Below, in pieces: positions 44,824-54,822 of a stretch of 64,000 nucleotides of DNA (position 1 is its first letter; every line of letters begins with the position of its first letter). The position numbers and the translations under genes are program-made. Source of the DNA: a candidate division WOR-3 bacterium. GTDB taxonomy: Bacteria > Hydrothermota > UBA3073 > JACQXS01 > JAGMCI01. The stretch spans positions 2,123 to 66,122 of the forward strand of contig JAGMCI010000014.1 of the NCBI GenBank assembly GCA_023129325.1, given 5' to 3'. The notes below the pieces were generated by a model. It did not search any database. It saw only the letters and a program-made list of their open reading frames with translations, and was not told where the DNA came from.

Positions 44824-45783
44824 ATGAGTAAGCCAATTATTAGCATCGTAATACCGACCTATAACAGGAGAAAATATCTTAACAGCATTCTCAATTCTTT
44901 AAACGAAATGGAATTTAAAAAAGAAGATTATGAGATTATTGTGGTAGATGATGGTTCTACTGATGGAACAGAACAGATAATTGTAAATTGTAATCCGCCT
45001 GAGGCGGAGCAAATTGCAAATTTAAGGTATTTTAGGCAAGAGCATAAAGGGGCATCTGCTGCCAGGAACTTGGGAATAAAAAGTGCAAAAGGAGAAATAA
45101 TTGCATTTACAGATTCTGATTGTATAGCAGATAAAAATTGGTTAAAAGAAATAGTAAAATCGTTATGTTCAGGGATTAAGGAGTCTCAGCTAGAGGCTGA
45201 TGAGTCTCAGGCTCAAAGGAGTCAAGGAATCCAAGGTTCTTTCAATAATAAAGAGGCAATAGCAGTTGGGGGGAGAACGACAAGTATTTCAGAAAAAATT
45301 ACTCCTTTTACCCATCAGGTAATAACAGATGGAAAAACTTTCACGAGTTGCAATATGGCAGTGAGAAAGGAAATTTTATTAAAGATGGGTGGATTTGATG
45401 AAGATTTTATTTATGGGCACGAGGATACAGACATTTATTTCAGGCTACAAAAATTGGGTAAAATTATCTATAATCCAAGTGCTATTGTTTGCCATCCACC
45501 AATACCACTAAGTTTTTTGCAATTTATAAGAAGAATAGAAATAAGTTACAGGAATGAAAAACTGCTTTATAAAAAATATCCTGAACTATATGAAAGGAGA
45601 AGCTTTATTTCTGCAATCATCCGAGTTATTGGGATAAGGGCTTTCATTTTACAATTAAATGAGTGGAGTGGATATTTTTTAAAGAATCCATTTAAATATC
45701 TCTTATTCTTGCTTGGACTTTTACTGCAGAGAGTCTATCTTAGCAAATTAATTATAAACAATAAAGAATCGAAAGGATGTTAA
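44824..45783 (+). CDS. Glycosyltransferase, GT2, with two in-frame repeat insertions
   Basis: ISIVIPTYNRRKYL...YEIIVVDDGSTDGT and FTDSDC motifs. Confidence 0.85.
   Translation: MSKPIISIVIPTYNRRKYLNSILNSLNEMEFKKEDYEIIVVDDGSTDGTEQIIVNCNPPEAEQIANLRYFRQEHKGASAARNLGIKSAKGEIIAFTDSDCIADKNWLKEIVKSLCSGIKESQLEADESQAQRSQGIQGSFNNKEAIAVGGRTTSISEKITPFTHQVITDGKTFTSCNMAVRKEILLKMGGFDEDFIYGHEDTDIYFRLQKLGKIIYNPSAIVCHPPIPLSFLQFIRRIEISYRNEKLLYKKYPELYERRSFISAIIRVIGIRAFILQLNEWSGYFLKNPFKYLLFLLGLLLQRVYLSKLIINNKESKGC
44979..45022. repeat. Hairpin module in frame
   Basis: AATTGTA AATTGTA A TCCGCCTGAGGCGGA GCAAATT GCAAATT, encoding VNCNPPEAEQIAN. The same hairpin is intergenic at 35434-35450. Confidence 0.85.
45174..45238. 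repeat. Repeat module in frame
   Basis: GGAGTCTCAGC TAGAG GCTGATGAGTCTCAGGCTCAAAGGAGTCAAGGAATCCAAGG, encoding IKESQLEADESQAQRSQGIQGS. It shares GGAGTCAA units with 39928-39951. Confidence 0.75.
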
Positions 45784-46832
45784 GAAATATTGAATTTATC
45801 TGTCCAAACTGTCATAGTCATTTGCATAGAGTTAAAGCACATTTTGTTTGCGACAAATGTTTTACTAAGTGGCCAATAAATGAAGATATTCCCAATTTTT
45901 GTACTCATTATAAAGAAAGTAAAAGTTTATATTTGATGGATAAAGAGAACCAGAACGAATTACTTAATATTGCAAAAAAAGAAGGCTGGCAATCAGCCTT
46001 AAAAAAAATATATGCTTCATCATGTGATTTTCTTTATGATTACGCATATGGGGAAGGGAGATTAGACTGGCATTATCTTTTACCCATATCAACTGATACA
46101 AAAGTATTAGACATTGGTTGTGGTTGGGGTTCAATTTCCCTATCACTTTCTAATCTTTGTAAATTCGTGGTTTCTGCTGATGTCGTGGATGTGACTTTAA
46201 AATTTTTAAACATAAGAAAAGAACAAGAAAGAATTACTAATGTGCAACCAGTAAAAATAGACCCGTTAGATTATGGTAAATTGCCATTTCCAGACTCATA
46301 TTTTGACTTATCCATCCTCATAGGTGTATTAGAATGGGTTGGAACTCAAAAAATGAATAAATCCCCCAGAGAGCTGCAAAAGTCAGCACTGAAAGAGATA
46401 AGAAGAGTATTAAAACCCGATGGTGTTCTTTACATTGGTATAGAAAATAGATATGCAATTTCCTATTTTTTTGGGAATCCTGACCACAGTGGATTACCAT
46501 TTGCATCAGTATTGCCAAAAAGGTTAGCAAACTTTTATAGCAGGATTGTCAAAAAAGAACCATATAGAACTTATATATATTCCTATAAGGGATACAAACA
46601 ATTGCTTAGTGAGGCTGGCTATTCTGATGTAGAAATTTATTTATTGGCGCCATCTTATCAGTTTCCTTTATATATAGTTCCATTAAATAAAAGACCGTTT
46701 TATTATTATACAAATTACATACAACATCAAACCAATTTATTCAAACTGCTCGTTAAGAAGGCTTTCTTCGCATTAGGAGCCGAGAATGCTTTTTGTCATG
46801 ATTTTGGCATAATAGCAAAGGTTACAAAATGA
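45777..46832 (+). CDS. SAM methyltransferase with N-terminal Trm112-like zinc ribbon
   Basis: CPNCHSHL...CDKCFTKWPINEDIPNF, followed by VLDIGCGWGSIS. Confidence 0.75.
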   Translation: MLRNIEFICPNCHSHLHRVKAHFVCDKCFTKWPINEDIPNFCTHYKESKSLYLMDKENQNELLNIAKKEGWQSALKKIYASSCDFLYDYAYGEGRLDWHYLLPISTDTKVLDIGCGWGSISLSLSNLCKFVVSADVVDVTLKFLNIRKEQERITNVQPVKIDPLDYGKLPFPDSYFDLSILIGVLEWVGTQKMNKSPRELQKSALKEIRRVLKPDGVLYIGIENRYAISYFFGNPDHSGLPFASVLPKRLANFYSRIVKKEPYRTYIYSYKGYKQLLSEAGYSDVEIYLLAPSYQFPLYIVPLNKRPFYYYTNYIQHQTNLFKLLVKKAFFALGAENAFCHDFGIIAKVTK

Positions 46833-47836
46833 TTCTACAGTTAAAAGATTTTTTATTATCCAATTGGGATAACCTTCACATCCCACACGAAAAGCCAGAT
46901 GATTTAGTATTTATCAAATTTCCATCAAGACAACAAGTTAAAGGGGCATTAACATCTTTCCTAATATTTAGCTCCTGTTCACGAGGACCGCTTCTTTATG
47001 CTAAAATAGCAATTACTACTCCTACTATAACAAGTCTGAATAATGAATATTATAACTTAGTTGCTATACTTAAGAAGGTTAAAAGTATTTCTTTAAAAAA
47101 GACATTCCCAAAGCCACTATTTTTGGGTAAAATAAATAATAAAGAATATGTTTTGTTAGAAACTGCTTCTGTTGGTAGAGATATGATTGACGATATATGC
47201 GTTAAAGGAATATTTAGAGAGAGAACAATAAGCCAATATTTTCATACAGCTTTAAGCTGGCTTATCCAATTTCAAAAGGAGACAGAAGCGGCGAGGGTAA
47301 GAGTAGTTGATAAATTTAAAGATTTTATACAAGAACCAATAGTTCAATTTAAACATACTTTTCCTCGTGAAGGAAAAGAATTTTCATCCTTTTTTATGAG
47401 ACTAAAAAGCCATTTCAAAAAATTTAAAAACGAATCCTTTCCCATAGTAAGTATTCATGGAGACTTTAACTTTTACAATATTTTTGTAAAAAATGACACT
47501 CTCTCAGTAATAGATTGGGAAGATAGCATAGTTGAGTTCCTTCCATTTATAGATGCTTTTCATTTCCCCACCGTAAGTGCTATTCAGTTAAGTAATACAG
47601 GAGACCTTAAAAAGGGGCTTACACACAGCCATATAGGAACAAACTGGCTTCATCCAATAATAACAGGTTATTATAATCGTTATTGCACAGAGATTGGAAT
47701 TAATCCTGCCCTTCTTTCTTTATTTTTCCCAATTTATTTAATCATTATGGCAAATAAAGCTATGGCTCCTTACAGGAACCATCCAGAGTTAGCTCAAGTG
47801 AGGCTCAATTTACTTCGTTCTGCTATAGGTGGATAG
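46829..47836 (+). CDS. Protein-kinase-fold phosphotransferase (APH / choline-kinase-like)
   Basis: The sequence VSIHGDFNFYNIFV...LSVIDWEDS matches the HxDxxxxN ... D motif pair. Confidence 0.7.
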   Translation: MILQLKDFLLSNWDNLHIPHEKPDDLVFIKFPSRQQVKGALTSFLIFSSCSRGPLLYAKIAITTPTITSLNNEYYNLVAILKKVKSISLKKTFPKPLFLGKINNKEYVLLETASVGRDMIDDICVKGIFRERTISQYFHTALSWLIQFQKETEAARVRVVDKFKDFIQEPIVQFKHTFPREGKEFSSFFMRLKSHFKKFKNESFPIVSIHGDFNFYNIFVKNDTLSVIDWEDSIVEFLPFIDAFHFPTVSAIQLSNTGDLKKGLTHSHIGTNWLHPIITGYYNRYCTEIGINPALLSLFFPIYLIIMANKAMAPYRNHPELAQVRLNLLRSAIGG

Positions 47837-47974
47837 TAAAAACCAGTGGATGGGTATGGTAAAATGGTGAGTAGTAAGCAACAGACTCCTAATTACAATA
47901 TTCCTCCTTGTATTCACTCCTTAATTTCTATTCATTAATAAATTCTTTATCTGTTACTCAAAGGTTAAAATGGC

Positions 47975-48003
47975 TTGACAAATCTGTAAAAACAAAGTAT
48001 ATT
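47975..48003 (+). promoter_or_regulatory. Sigma-70-like promoter
   Basis: TTGACA, a 17-nt spacer, then TATATT, 13 nt upstream of the ATG at 48016. Confidence 0.5.
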
Positions 48004-48015
48004 ATAAAAGAATAA

Positions 48016-48861
48016 ATGACTACATTAAAAGAAGTTGATGAATATTATGCAAAAGAATCTAAAAAAAGGATACATCACATAAATCCTGATTTGCTAACAA
48101 CTAAGGATTTAAAAAATTATTATGAACAAACCTATCCCACAACTGGGCTGTATGACAAGAGTAATCATAGTTTCTACTTTGACATCAAAAGGAAGAATAT
48201 AATTAAAAATTACATATGCAATTTAAAAAAGGAGAAGCGGAAAGATTTTTTAGATTTAGGGTGTGGTGATGGAACTTTTCTTTTTGATTTACAAAACTTC
48301 TGTAATAAATTAATTGGCATAGATATTGCATATTCTAAATTAAGCGCAACAAAAAAGAAAAAAGCAATAAAGAATTACCAATTTATAGTAGCTTCAGCAG
48401 AAAATTTGCCCATCAAGTCTAATGTTTTCTCCATTGTACTATGCAGCGAAGTCATTGAGCATCTTAAAAAGCCAGAGTCATGCATTTCTGAGCTCTACAG
48501 AGTAACAAAAATAGGCGGAAAGGCTATAATAACCACCCAACCAGCTTATTATCCTCATCGCATATTTACAGACATTTTGGGAATAAGAGTCAAGAAAACT
48601 TATAAACATAAATTGAATGCAGATGGACATATTTGGGAATTCAATCCTAAAGACCTTGTGGGCAAGATTAGAAAAATAGGGTTCAGACCCATCAAAATAC
48701 AAGCTACTCCAAATCTTGTGTTTCATGGTATTACTTATTTATTATTTAATAACTTTCTTTTCCAGTTCCTATCATTTATAGACCGATTGATGTCAACTTT
48801 CCCTCCAATCAACAGATATTATGGCGAACACTTAATAATAATTGCAGAAAAATTAAAATAA
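48016..48861 (+). CDS. Class I SAM-dependent methyltransferase
   Basis: FLDLGCGDGTFL and CSEVIEHLKKP motifs. Confidence 0.8.
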   Translation: MTTLKEVDEYYAKESKKRIHHINPDLLTTKDLKNYYEQTYPTTGLYDKSNHSFYFDIKRKNIIKNYICNLKKEKRKDFLDLGCGDGTFLFDLQNFCNKLIGIDIAYSKLSATKKKKAIKNYQFIVASAENLPIKSNVFSIVLCSEVIEHLKKPESCISELYRVTKIGGKAIITTQPAYYPHRIFTDILGIRVKKTYKHKLNADGHIWEFNPKDLVGKIRKIGFRPIKIQATPNLVFHGITYLLFNNFLFQFLSFIDRLMSTFPPINRYYGEHLIIIAEKLK

Positions 48862-48871
48862 TATTTGCAAT

Positions 48872-49753
48872 ATGGCTTTAGATTTAACTATATCAATTGT
48901 TCATCACAAGAATAGAAAATTCCTTGAACAATGCTTAGATTCTATATTCAAAGAAACGAAAGATATAGACTTTGAGATTTTTGTTGTAAATAATTGCTTA
49001 AACAATGGAATCCTTGAGTTAATTAGAGAGAAGTATCCGATAATTAAACTAATTCAGAATGAGAAACCAGAGGGGTTTGCTAAAAATCATAATAAAGTCT
49101 TGCGTCAAGCAAATGGAAAATATGCGCTTGTTTTAAATGATGATACTGTTATTTTAGATAATGCATTTGATAAATTAGTTAAGTTTATGGAAAATAATTC
49201 TAAAGTAGGGGCAGTTGGGTGCAAAATGTATTCCACTGACGAGTTAACTCCTCCTCAAGTTGGTTGTTACAGGAAATTTCCTACACCATTTCGCCTTTTT
49301 TGTCATACTTTTATGGGTGTTGCAGGTCTTAGAAGGATTTTCCCAAGTTCTCATTTTCTCAGAGAAATAGGATTAGGTGAATCAGAGCCCAATAAAGAGT
49401 GTGACGCTGCTGAAGTGTCCGGATGTTGTATGATGGTAAGAAAAGAAGTAATCAAGGATATTGGATATTTAGATGAATCATTTTATATGTATCTTGAAGA
49501 CACTGATTGGTATTACAGAATGAACAAAGCTGACTGGCGAATACATTATTATCCTAAAGCATCTATAATTCATTATGGAAGTGGCTCACTTGGATTTCAT
49601 AGTATGAAAAGGGAACAACTGTATCAACAAAGCATCAATCATTTTTTTATGAAACATTATGGGAAAAAAAGCGTATTCTTATATTTATGCTTCTCGGCTT
49701 TGTTGTTTCCTATTTCAGGTATTCATAAACTGTATTTAAAATGGAAGAAATAG
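48872..49753 (+). CDS. Glycosyltransferase, GT2
   Basis: LTISIVHHKNRKFLEQCL...FEIFVVNN, LVLNDDTV and CCMMVRKEVIKDIGYLDESFYMYLEDTDW motifs. Confidence 0.85.
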   Translation: MALDLTISIVHHKNRKFLEQCLDSIFKETKDIDFEIFVVNNCLNNGILELIREKYPIIKLIQNEKPEGFAKNHNKVLRQANGKYALVLNDDTVILDNAFDKLVKFMENNSKVGAVGCKMYSTDELTPPQVGCYRKFPTPFRLFCHTFMGVAGLRRIFPSSHFLREIGLGESEPNKECDAAEVSGCCMMVRKEVIKDIGYLDESFYMYLEDTDWYYRMNKADWRIHYYPKASIIHYGSGSLGFHSMKREQLYQQSINHFFMKHYGKKSVFLYLCFSALLFPISGIHKLYLKWKK

Positions 49754-50664
49754 ATTTATCAATTTGTATCACATCATATAATGCAAGGGGTTTCCTTAAA
49801 AATTGCCTAACTTCTATTTATGAAAATCCACCATCCTGTAAATTTGAAGTAATAGTTACCGATGGAAATTCAAAAGATGGAACTTATGAAATGGTTAGCA
49901 GCGATTTTAAAAAAGTTATATTAAAGAAGTTAAAAGAAAATCCTGGCTTTGCAGCATCTATAAATGAAGCAATTAAAATGGCAAAAGGGAAATATATTAT
50001 GTCACTGAACGCTGATACAATAATTGAACCCGATGCATTGGATAATATGATTAATTTCTTATCTCATAATCCTCAAGCTGGAATGGTAAGTGCTAAAATA
50101 CTGAATTTAGATGGAAGTTTACAGCCCACAGGGAGAAAGTTTCCAACTCCTATCTCTATTTATATAGATAAATTCAGGCAGAAATTCCAATTAGGTAATA
50201 TATTTTATAAAAGTTATAGGAATTATAATAAAGTAGAGGAAGTTGATGAGGTTGGTATAATGGGAGTAATGTTGCCAAGAAATGTTATTGAAAAAGTAGG
50301 ATTAATAGACGAAAAGCTTAAATTTATGTATACTGATATAGATTGGTGCTTTAGAATAAAAAAAGAAGGGTTTAAAGTATATTACTTACCAGATACGCTA
50401 ATTAAACATTATTATGGAGGTCATACCTATAAAGTACCTCTATTAAAACCTGCCATAAATGGATATAATAGTCAATTATATTTTTTTAAGAAACATTACT
50501 CATTTTATAAAATCTTACTCTTGAAGTTTATTATGTGGATAGAATTAAGTTTTCATCTGTTACAAATTTTATTCTTTTGGATATTTAATGTAAAAAGCAA
50601 GAAAGAATTACAAGAAAAATATGAACTGCGAAAATTTATTTTAAATTTATTACTTAAGAAATGA
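49741..50664 (+). CDS. Glycosyltransferase, GT2
   Basis: LSICITSYNARGFL...FEVIVTDGNSKDGT, SLNADT, and a C-terminal TM segment. Confidence 0.85.
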   Translation: MEEIDLSICITSYNARGFLKNCLTSIYENPPSCKFEVIVTDGNSKDGTYEMVSSDFKKVILKKLKENPGFAASINEAIKMAKGKYIMSLNADTIIEPDALDNMINFLSHNPQAGMVSAKILNLDGSLQPTGRKFPTPISIYIDKFRQKFQLGNIFYKSYRNYNKVEEVDEVGIMGVMLPRNVIEKVGLIDEKLKFMYTDIDWCFRIKKEGFKVYYLPDTLIKHYYGGHTYKVPLLKPAINGYNSQLYFFKKHYSFYKILLLKFIMWIELSFHLLQILFFWIFNVKSKKELQEKYELRKFILNLLLKK

Positions 50665-51461
50665 ATAAACAAATTCAGGATGAAGAAAACGAATTCAGTT
50701 TTGAAGCTTTGCTTAAAGCGACTTTAAGCAACTTTGAAGTAAGAAAACAAGGAAATATTCCTCTCCTCAAGTTAATTGAGAAAGAAATACAATGTAAAAC
50801 TTGGCCGTTAAAGATATTAGAAGCGGGATGTGGCAGTGGGGTTGACTCTTACTTGCTTAAACAATGGAACCCAAATAAGTTAGAGGTTTTCGCTCTTGAT
50901 ATTGACCTAAATTCTATAAAGACTGTTCAGTGGTGGAGGAAGTATTTTCAGTATCCCATTAAACTTATCCAGACCAACCTTTACTCTATGCCTTTTCTTA
51001 ATGAGGCCTTTGACTTAATCTTTAGCCAAGGAGTACTTGAGCATTTTAAGAATCCTAACCCTTTGATGCAAGAACAAATTAGGATATTAAAATCAGATGG
51101 TACTTTAATAATTGATGTGCCACAAAAATATAGTCCTTATACTATTGGTAAATATTTGGATAAGAAAAGAGGAAAATGGAAAATAGGCTATGAAACTCAA
51201 TATTCTTATCATGAACTCGTGAAATTAGGAATGGCTCACGGACTCAAAGCGGTTCACTCCTTGGGTTACGGGCATAACAGGTTATTTCGTTTTCTCAGGA
51301 ATCCTTATCGTATTTTGCAAAAATACCGCATTATTCCTCACGGATTATTTCCCTCTTTTCGTTATGTGGATCGTGTCTTGGAACGATTCTGGGAACGATT
51401 AGATTGGACTTTGGGGCGTTATTTTGCTACTTCAGTAGTTGTAAGCTTTAAACGAGTATGA
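50661..51461 (+). CDS. Class I SAM-dependent methyltransferase
   Basis: ILEAGCGSGVDS and SQGVLEHFKNP motifs. Confidence 0.8.
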   Translation: MNKQIQDEENEFSFEALLKATLSNFEVRKQGNIPLLKLIEKEIQCKTWPLKILEAGCGSGVDSYLLKQWNPNKLEVFALDIDLNSIKTVQWWRKYFQYPIKLIQTNLYSMPFLNEAFDLIFSQGVLEHFKNPNPLMQEQIRILKSDGTLIIDVPQKYSPYTIGKYLDKKRGKWKIGYETQYSYHELVKLGMAHGLKAVHSLGYGHNRLFRFLRNPYRILQKYRIIPHGLFPSFRYVDRVLERFWERLDWTLGRYFATSVVVSFKRV

Positions 51462-52639
51462 AGATTTGTATAGTATCACATAATTTTCCTCCTACTATAT
51501 GTGGGGTAGGAGATTACAGTTATTGGCTTGCGAATGAACTTGAGAATTTGGGTAATAATGTGAGTGTAATTACATCTAAAATTGGGTCATCGGGTTATCG
51601 GGTCATTGAGTCATCGAATCAGGTAAAGATATTTCCTATAATTGAAAAATGGGATGTATTTCATATCTTTAAAATAATCGGCATTTTGAAATGCATAAAG
51701 CCCAATATTATAATAATCCAATATGTATCTCAATTATATGGAAGGGCAGGTATTGCACCAGGAATTATATTTTTTCTAACGCTTATAAAATTGTTCAATG
51801 TTTCACACATTCAAATAATCACCACTTTACACGAACTTTATCTCCCCTGGGGCTCAAAGGATTTTATATTAGGAGCAATTCAAAGGCTTCAAGCTTTTAT
51901 CCTTGTTTTAATCTCAGATGCAGCCATTGTTACCACTAAGTCAAGAAAGAAAATACTTAATTCCCTCTTCCCTTGGAAAAGAGTATATAAAATCTCTGTA
52001 GGGTCTAATATACCAATGGGAAGTAGGAAGCGGGAAGTGAGAAGTAGGAATCACAAAGATGATAGGCTAATTTTGGGTACTTTTGGAACTCTTCATCCGG
52101 AAAGGGACTTATTAACAGTTCTTAAATCTCTCTCTATGATTCAAGTAGGGGCGTATTGCTATACGCCCCTACTTCAAATTATAGGGGAAATAGATAAAGA
52201 CTCAGAAAATTACCGCATTTTAAGAATTACAGCGAAAAAACTTGGAATAGAAGAAAGGATACGCTGGATGTCAAACATTTCTAATCAAGAAATAGCTAAT
52301 TGTTTGGCGAATTCTGATATTTATTTATCACCAGAACTTGATGGTGCTTCAGGAAGGAGGACAACTTTAATGGCTGCCCTTTCACTTGGGCTCCCAATAA
52401 TTGCTTATAATGGAAGGGAAACGGAGTCTGTATTTAAGAATTATGAAAACATAATCCTTATTCCTCCTCATAATTCTAAAATACTGACTGAAAAGATAAT
52501 GGAACTTATCAAGAATAAAAAGCTTCGGGATTCTTTGGGTAAAAAAGCAAAGGAAACTTTTAATACTTATTTTAGCTGGGATATTATAGGTAAAGAATAT
52601 GAAAAGATTTTCAAAACTATCTATCATACAACGAATTAA
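51458..52639 (+). CDS. Glycosyltransferase, GT4-like, with two in-frame repeat insertions
   Basis: GT-B layout, with GRRTTLMAALSLGLPIIAYNG as the C-terminal block. Confidence 0.7.
   Translation: MKICIVSHNFPPTICGVGDYSYWLANELENLGNNVSVITSKIGSSGYRVIESSNQVKIFPIIEKWDVFHIFKIIGILKCIKPNIIIIQYVSQLYGRAGIAPGIIFFLTLIKLFNVSHIQIITTLHELYLPWGSKDFILGAIQRLQAFILVLISDAAIVTTKSRKKILNSLFPWKRVYKISVGSNIPMGSRKREVRSRNHKDDRLILGTFGTLHPERDLLTVLKSLSMIQVGAYCYTPLLQIIGEIDKDSENYRILRITAKKLGIEERIRWMSNISNQEIANCLANSDIYLSPELDGASGRRTTLMAALSLGLPIIAYNGRETESVFKNYENIILIPPHNSKILTEKIMELIKNKKLRDSLGKKAKETFNTYFSWDIIGKEYEKIFKTIYHTTN
52018..52051. repeat. Heptamer array in frame
   Basis: GGAAGTA GGAAGCG GGAAGTG AGAAGTA GGAATCA, encoding GSRKREVRSRNH. 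Confidence 0.85.
52144..52173. repeat. Palindromic hairpin in frame
   Basis: AGTAGGGGCGTAT TGCT ATACGCCCCTACT, encoding VGAYCYTPLL. Confidence 0.85.
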
Positions 52640-54062
52640 TATTCTGGGGAAAGTACCTGAAAATACCTTGCAAGGTATAGGATTTTTCCTTATACTTATA
52701 GCAACTTCTTTCTTTTTTGCACAAGGAATCATAAATAACAATATAAGGATTATAATTTGTGCATTTCTTGCCTTGGTTCTTGGAGTTTTTTGTCTCAAAA
52801 TAGAAACAGGTGCAATTGCTATCCTTATATATCTTCCATTTATGGCACTTATAAGGAGATGGATATATTTATTTAATCCTTATGTTAAATTTGACCCAAT
52901 ACTTATACTTTCATCAGCACTTACTGTTTTTATGTTCGGTTATATATTCATATTTTACGGAGATAAAATCTTAAAACAAACAAAAAACAATAAACTACTA
53001 AGATATATGACATACTTACTTATTTTATTTATATTAGAAGTTTTTAACCCATTTCAGGGAGGGTTAGCAGTTGGATTTTCTGGGATTATGTATTATATTA
53101 TACCACTTTTATGGTTTTATTTTGGATTCTTCGTCCCCCAAAAAAGAATACCTGCAATCTTTTACATAATTGTTATAATTGGAATTATAACTGCATTTTA
53201 TGGATTGCATCAGTTATACCATGGATTTCTTCCATTTGAAAAATACTGGATTAAATATGGCGGTCCTTCAAGTTTATTAGTTAAAGGATTTATAAAACCA
53301 TTCTCAACATTTACTAATCCCCAAGAATATGCTGGATATGTCCTACTTGCTGGAGCAATTGTCTTTATGTATTTATTTAAGAAACCACTTTTATATCCCT
53401 TATGGATAGGCAGTTTTCTTGTTTTGATGTATGGGATGTTTATGACCTCTTCAAGAATGGAAATCTTCTTTTTCTTTATCTTGGTGAGTATATTTTTAGC
53501 ATTACGGCTTGGAAATTGGAAAAAAGCCCTCTTAGCAAACATAATATTTCTCAGTATAATATTTTTTGGAATCTCTAAAATAAATCCACCATCAAGTATG
53601 ATAGCTGCTGGTTCTGCAAAAGAAGCACATCTTGAACATTTAATTACAGGAGTGAAGCATCCCACAGCCAAAGGGTCTACATTTTGGGTTAGAGTTGACA
53701 TGACTAAGTGGGTTTTTAATGATTTAAAATATTATTGGTTTGGGAGAGGGCTCGGAGCCACAACTCGCGGAACTGCTAAATTTGGAGGCAAGAGTGCTGC
53801 TGGAGCAGAAATATTCCAATATGCTATATCTGGCTCTTGTGGTTTTCCAGGAATTATTCTTTATTTCTTAATTATGTATTGGGTCATTAAGAGTTCTATT
53901 TTTCTTGTGAAAAAGGATTTAAATATTTATTGGATTCCAGCAACACTTGCCATTTGGCTTACTTTCGCACTTGACCCCAGACTTTATTCAATTGGCCCGT
54001 TTGTTTATCTTTTATGGGGTTGGATTGCAAAGGAATATTCAAGATATGAGAAAGAAAATTAA
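52599..54062 (+). CDS. O-antigen ligase/polymerase-like (Wzy_C-type) membrane protein
   Basis: About 10 or more hydrophobic segments, with a central MTSSRMEIFFFFIL region typical of O-antigen ligase-like proteins. The true start may be internal. Confidence 0.65.
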   Translation: MKRFSKLSIIQRINILGKVPENTLQGIGFFLILIATSFFFAQGIINNNIRIIICAFLALVLGVFCLKIETGAIAILIYLPFMALIRRWIYLFNPYVKFDPILILSSALTVFMFGYIFIFYGDKILKQTKNNKLLRYMTYLLILFILEVFNPFQGGLAVGFSGIMYYIIPLLWFYFGFFVPQKRIPAIFYIIVIIGIITAFYGLHQLYHGFLPFEKYWIKYGGPSSLLVKGFIKPFSTFTNPQEYAGYVLLAGAIVFMYLFKKPLLYPLWIGSFLVLMYGMFMTSSRMEIFFFFILVSIFLALRLGNWKKALLANIIFLSIIFFGISKINPPSSMIAAGSAKEAHLEHLITGVKHPTAKGSTFWVRVDMTKWVFNDLKYYWFGRGLGATTRGTAKFGGKSAAGAEIFQYAISGSCGFPGIILYFLIMYWVIKSSIFLVKKDLNIYWIPATLAIWLTFALDPRLYSIGPFVYLLWGWIAKEYSRYEKEN

Positions 54063-54822
54063 AGAGGCACAAAGACTCCAAAAGCTTGCATATTCTAAAG
54101 ATAGGTTTAACCGAGCTTATCCTAAAAAGGCTTTAGCAATAGAAAAACTTCTTATAGAAAGAGCATTTTCTCTTGCCTTAGAGTATATCCCTCCGGGAGC
54201 TCATGTCCTTGATATTGGATGCGATGATGGAACTATTGCGAGAATGGCAATTAAAAGGGCATCTATAGTTATCGGAATTGATATAAGTGAAGCAAATATC
54301 AGAAGAGCCAAACAAGTTACTCAGAATCCATCTATCCAATTTTATTACTCTCCAATAGAAAATTATAAAACAAATTTAACATTTGATGTTATACTGATGT
54401 TTGAATTGATTGAGCATCTTGGAGACCCTATAATGGTATTGAAAAAAGTGAACAATTTTCTTAAGGAGAATGGCACACTAATATTATCCACTCCAAATTT
54501 TAGGTCTTTAACCAGAGAATTAAAACGGTGCCTTAACCGAATCCCTATTGTAAGAGAAATCTGTAGTAAAATTTCTCTCAAACCTCCTGATGAGATATAT
54601 AAGTTACATATAAAAGAATATGACCTCTCTGAGATAAGAAAAATGTTAAATTGTTCTGGTTTTACAATAAAAAGCAAGAATGGATTAATTCTATTTCCAT
54701 TATTGTTCAAAATTTTTAAATGGAATACATGGTTGACAAAGATTGTAATCTCATCAGGTTCTCTGTTTCCGAGTCTGGCTGGACACATACTTTTAGCAGC
54801 TAAGAAATATGAAAAAACTTAA
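54046..54822 (+). CDS. Class I SAM-dependent methyltransferase
   Basis: VLDIGCDDGTIA and MFELIEHLGDP motifs. The start is moved to MRKKIKE (54046) because the upstream ORF portion overlaps the preceding membrane-protein gene. Confidence 0.75.
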   Translation: MRKKIKEAQRLQKLAYSKDRFNRAYPKKALAIEKLLIERAFSLALEYIPPGAHVLDIGCDDGTIARMAIKRASIVIGIDISEANIRRAKQVTQNPSIQFYYSPIENYKTNLTFDVILMFELIEHLGDPIMVLKKVNNFLKENGTLILSTPNFRSLTRELKRCLNRIPIVREICSKISLKPPDEIYKLHIKEYDLSEIRKMLNCSGFTIKSKNGLILFPLLFKIFKWNTWLTKIVISSGSLFPSLAGHILLAAKKYEKT

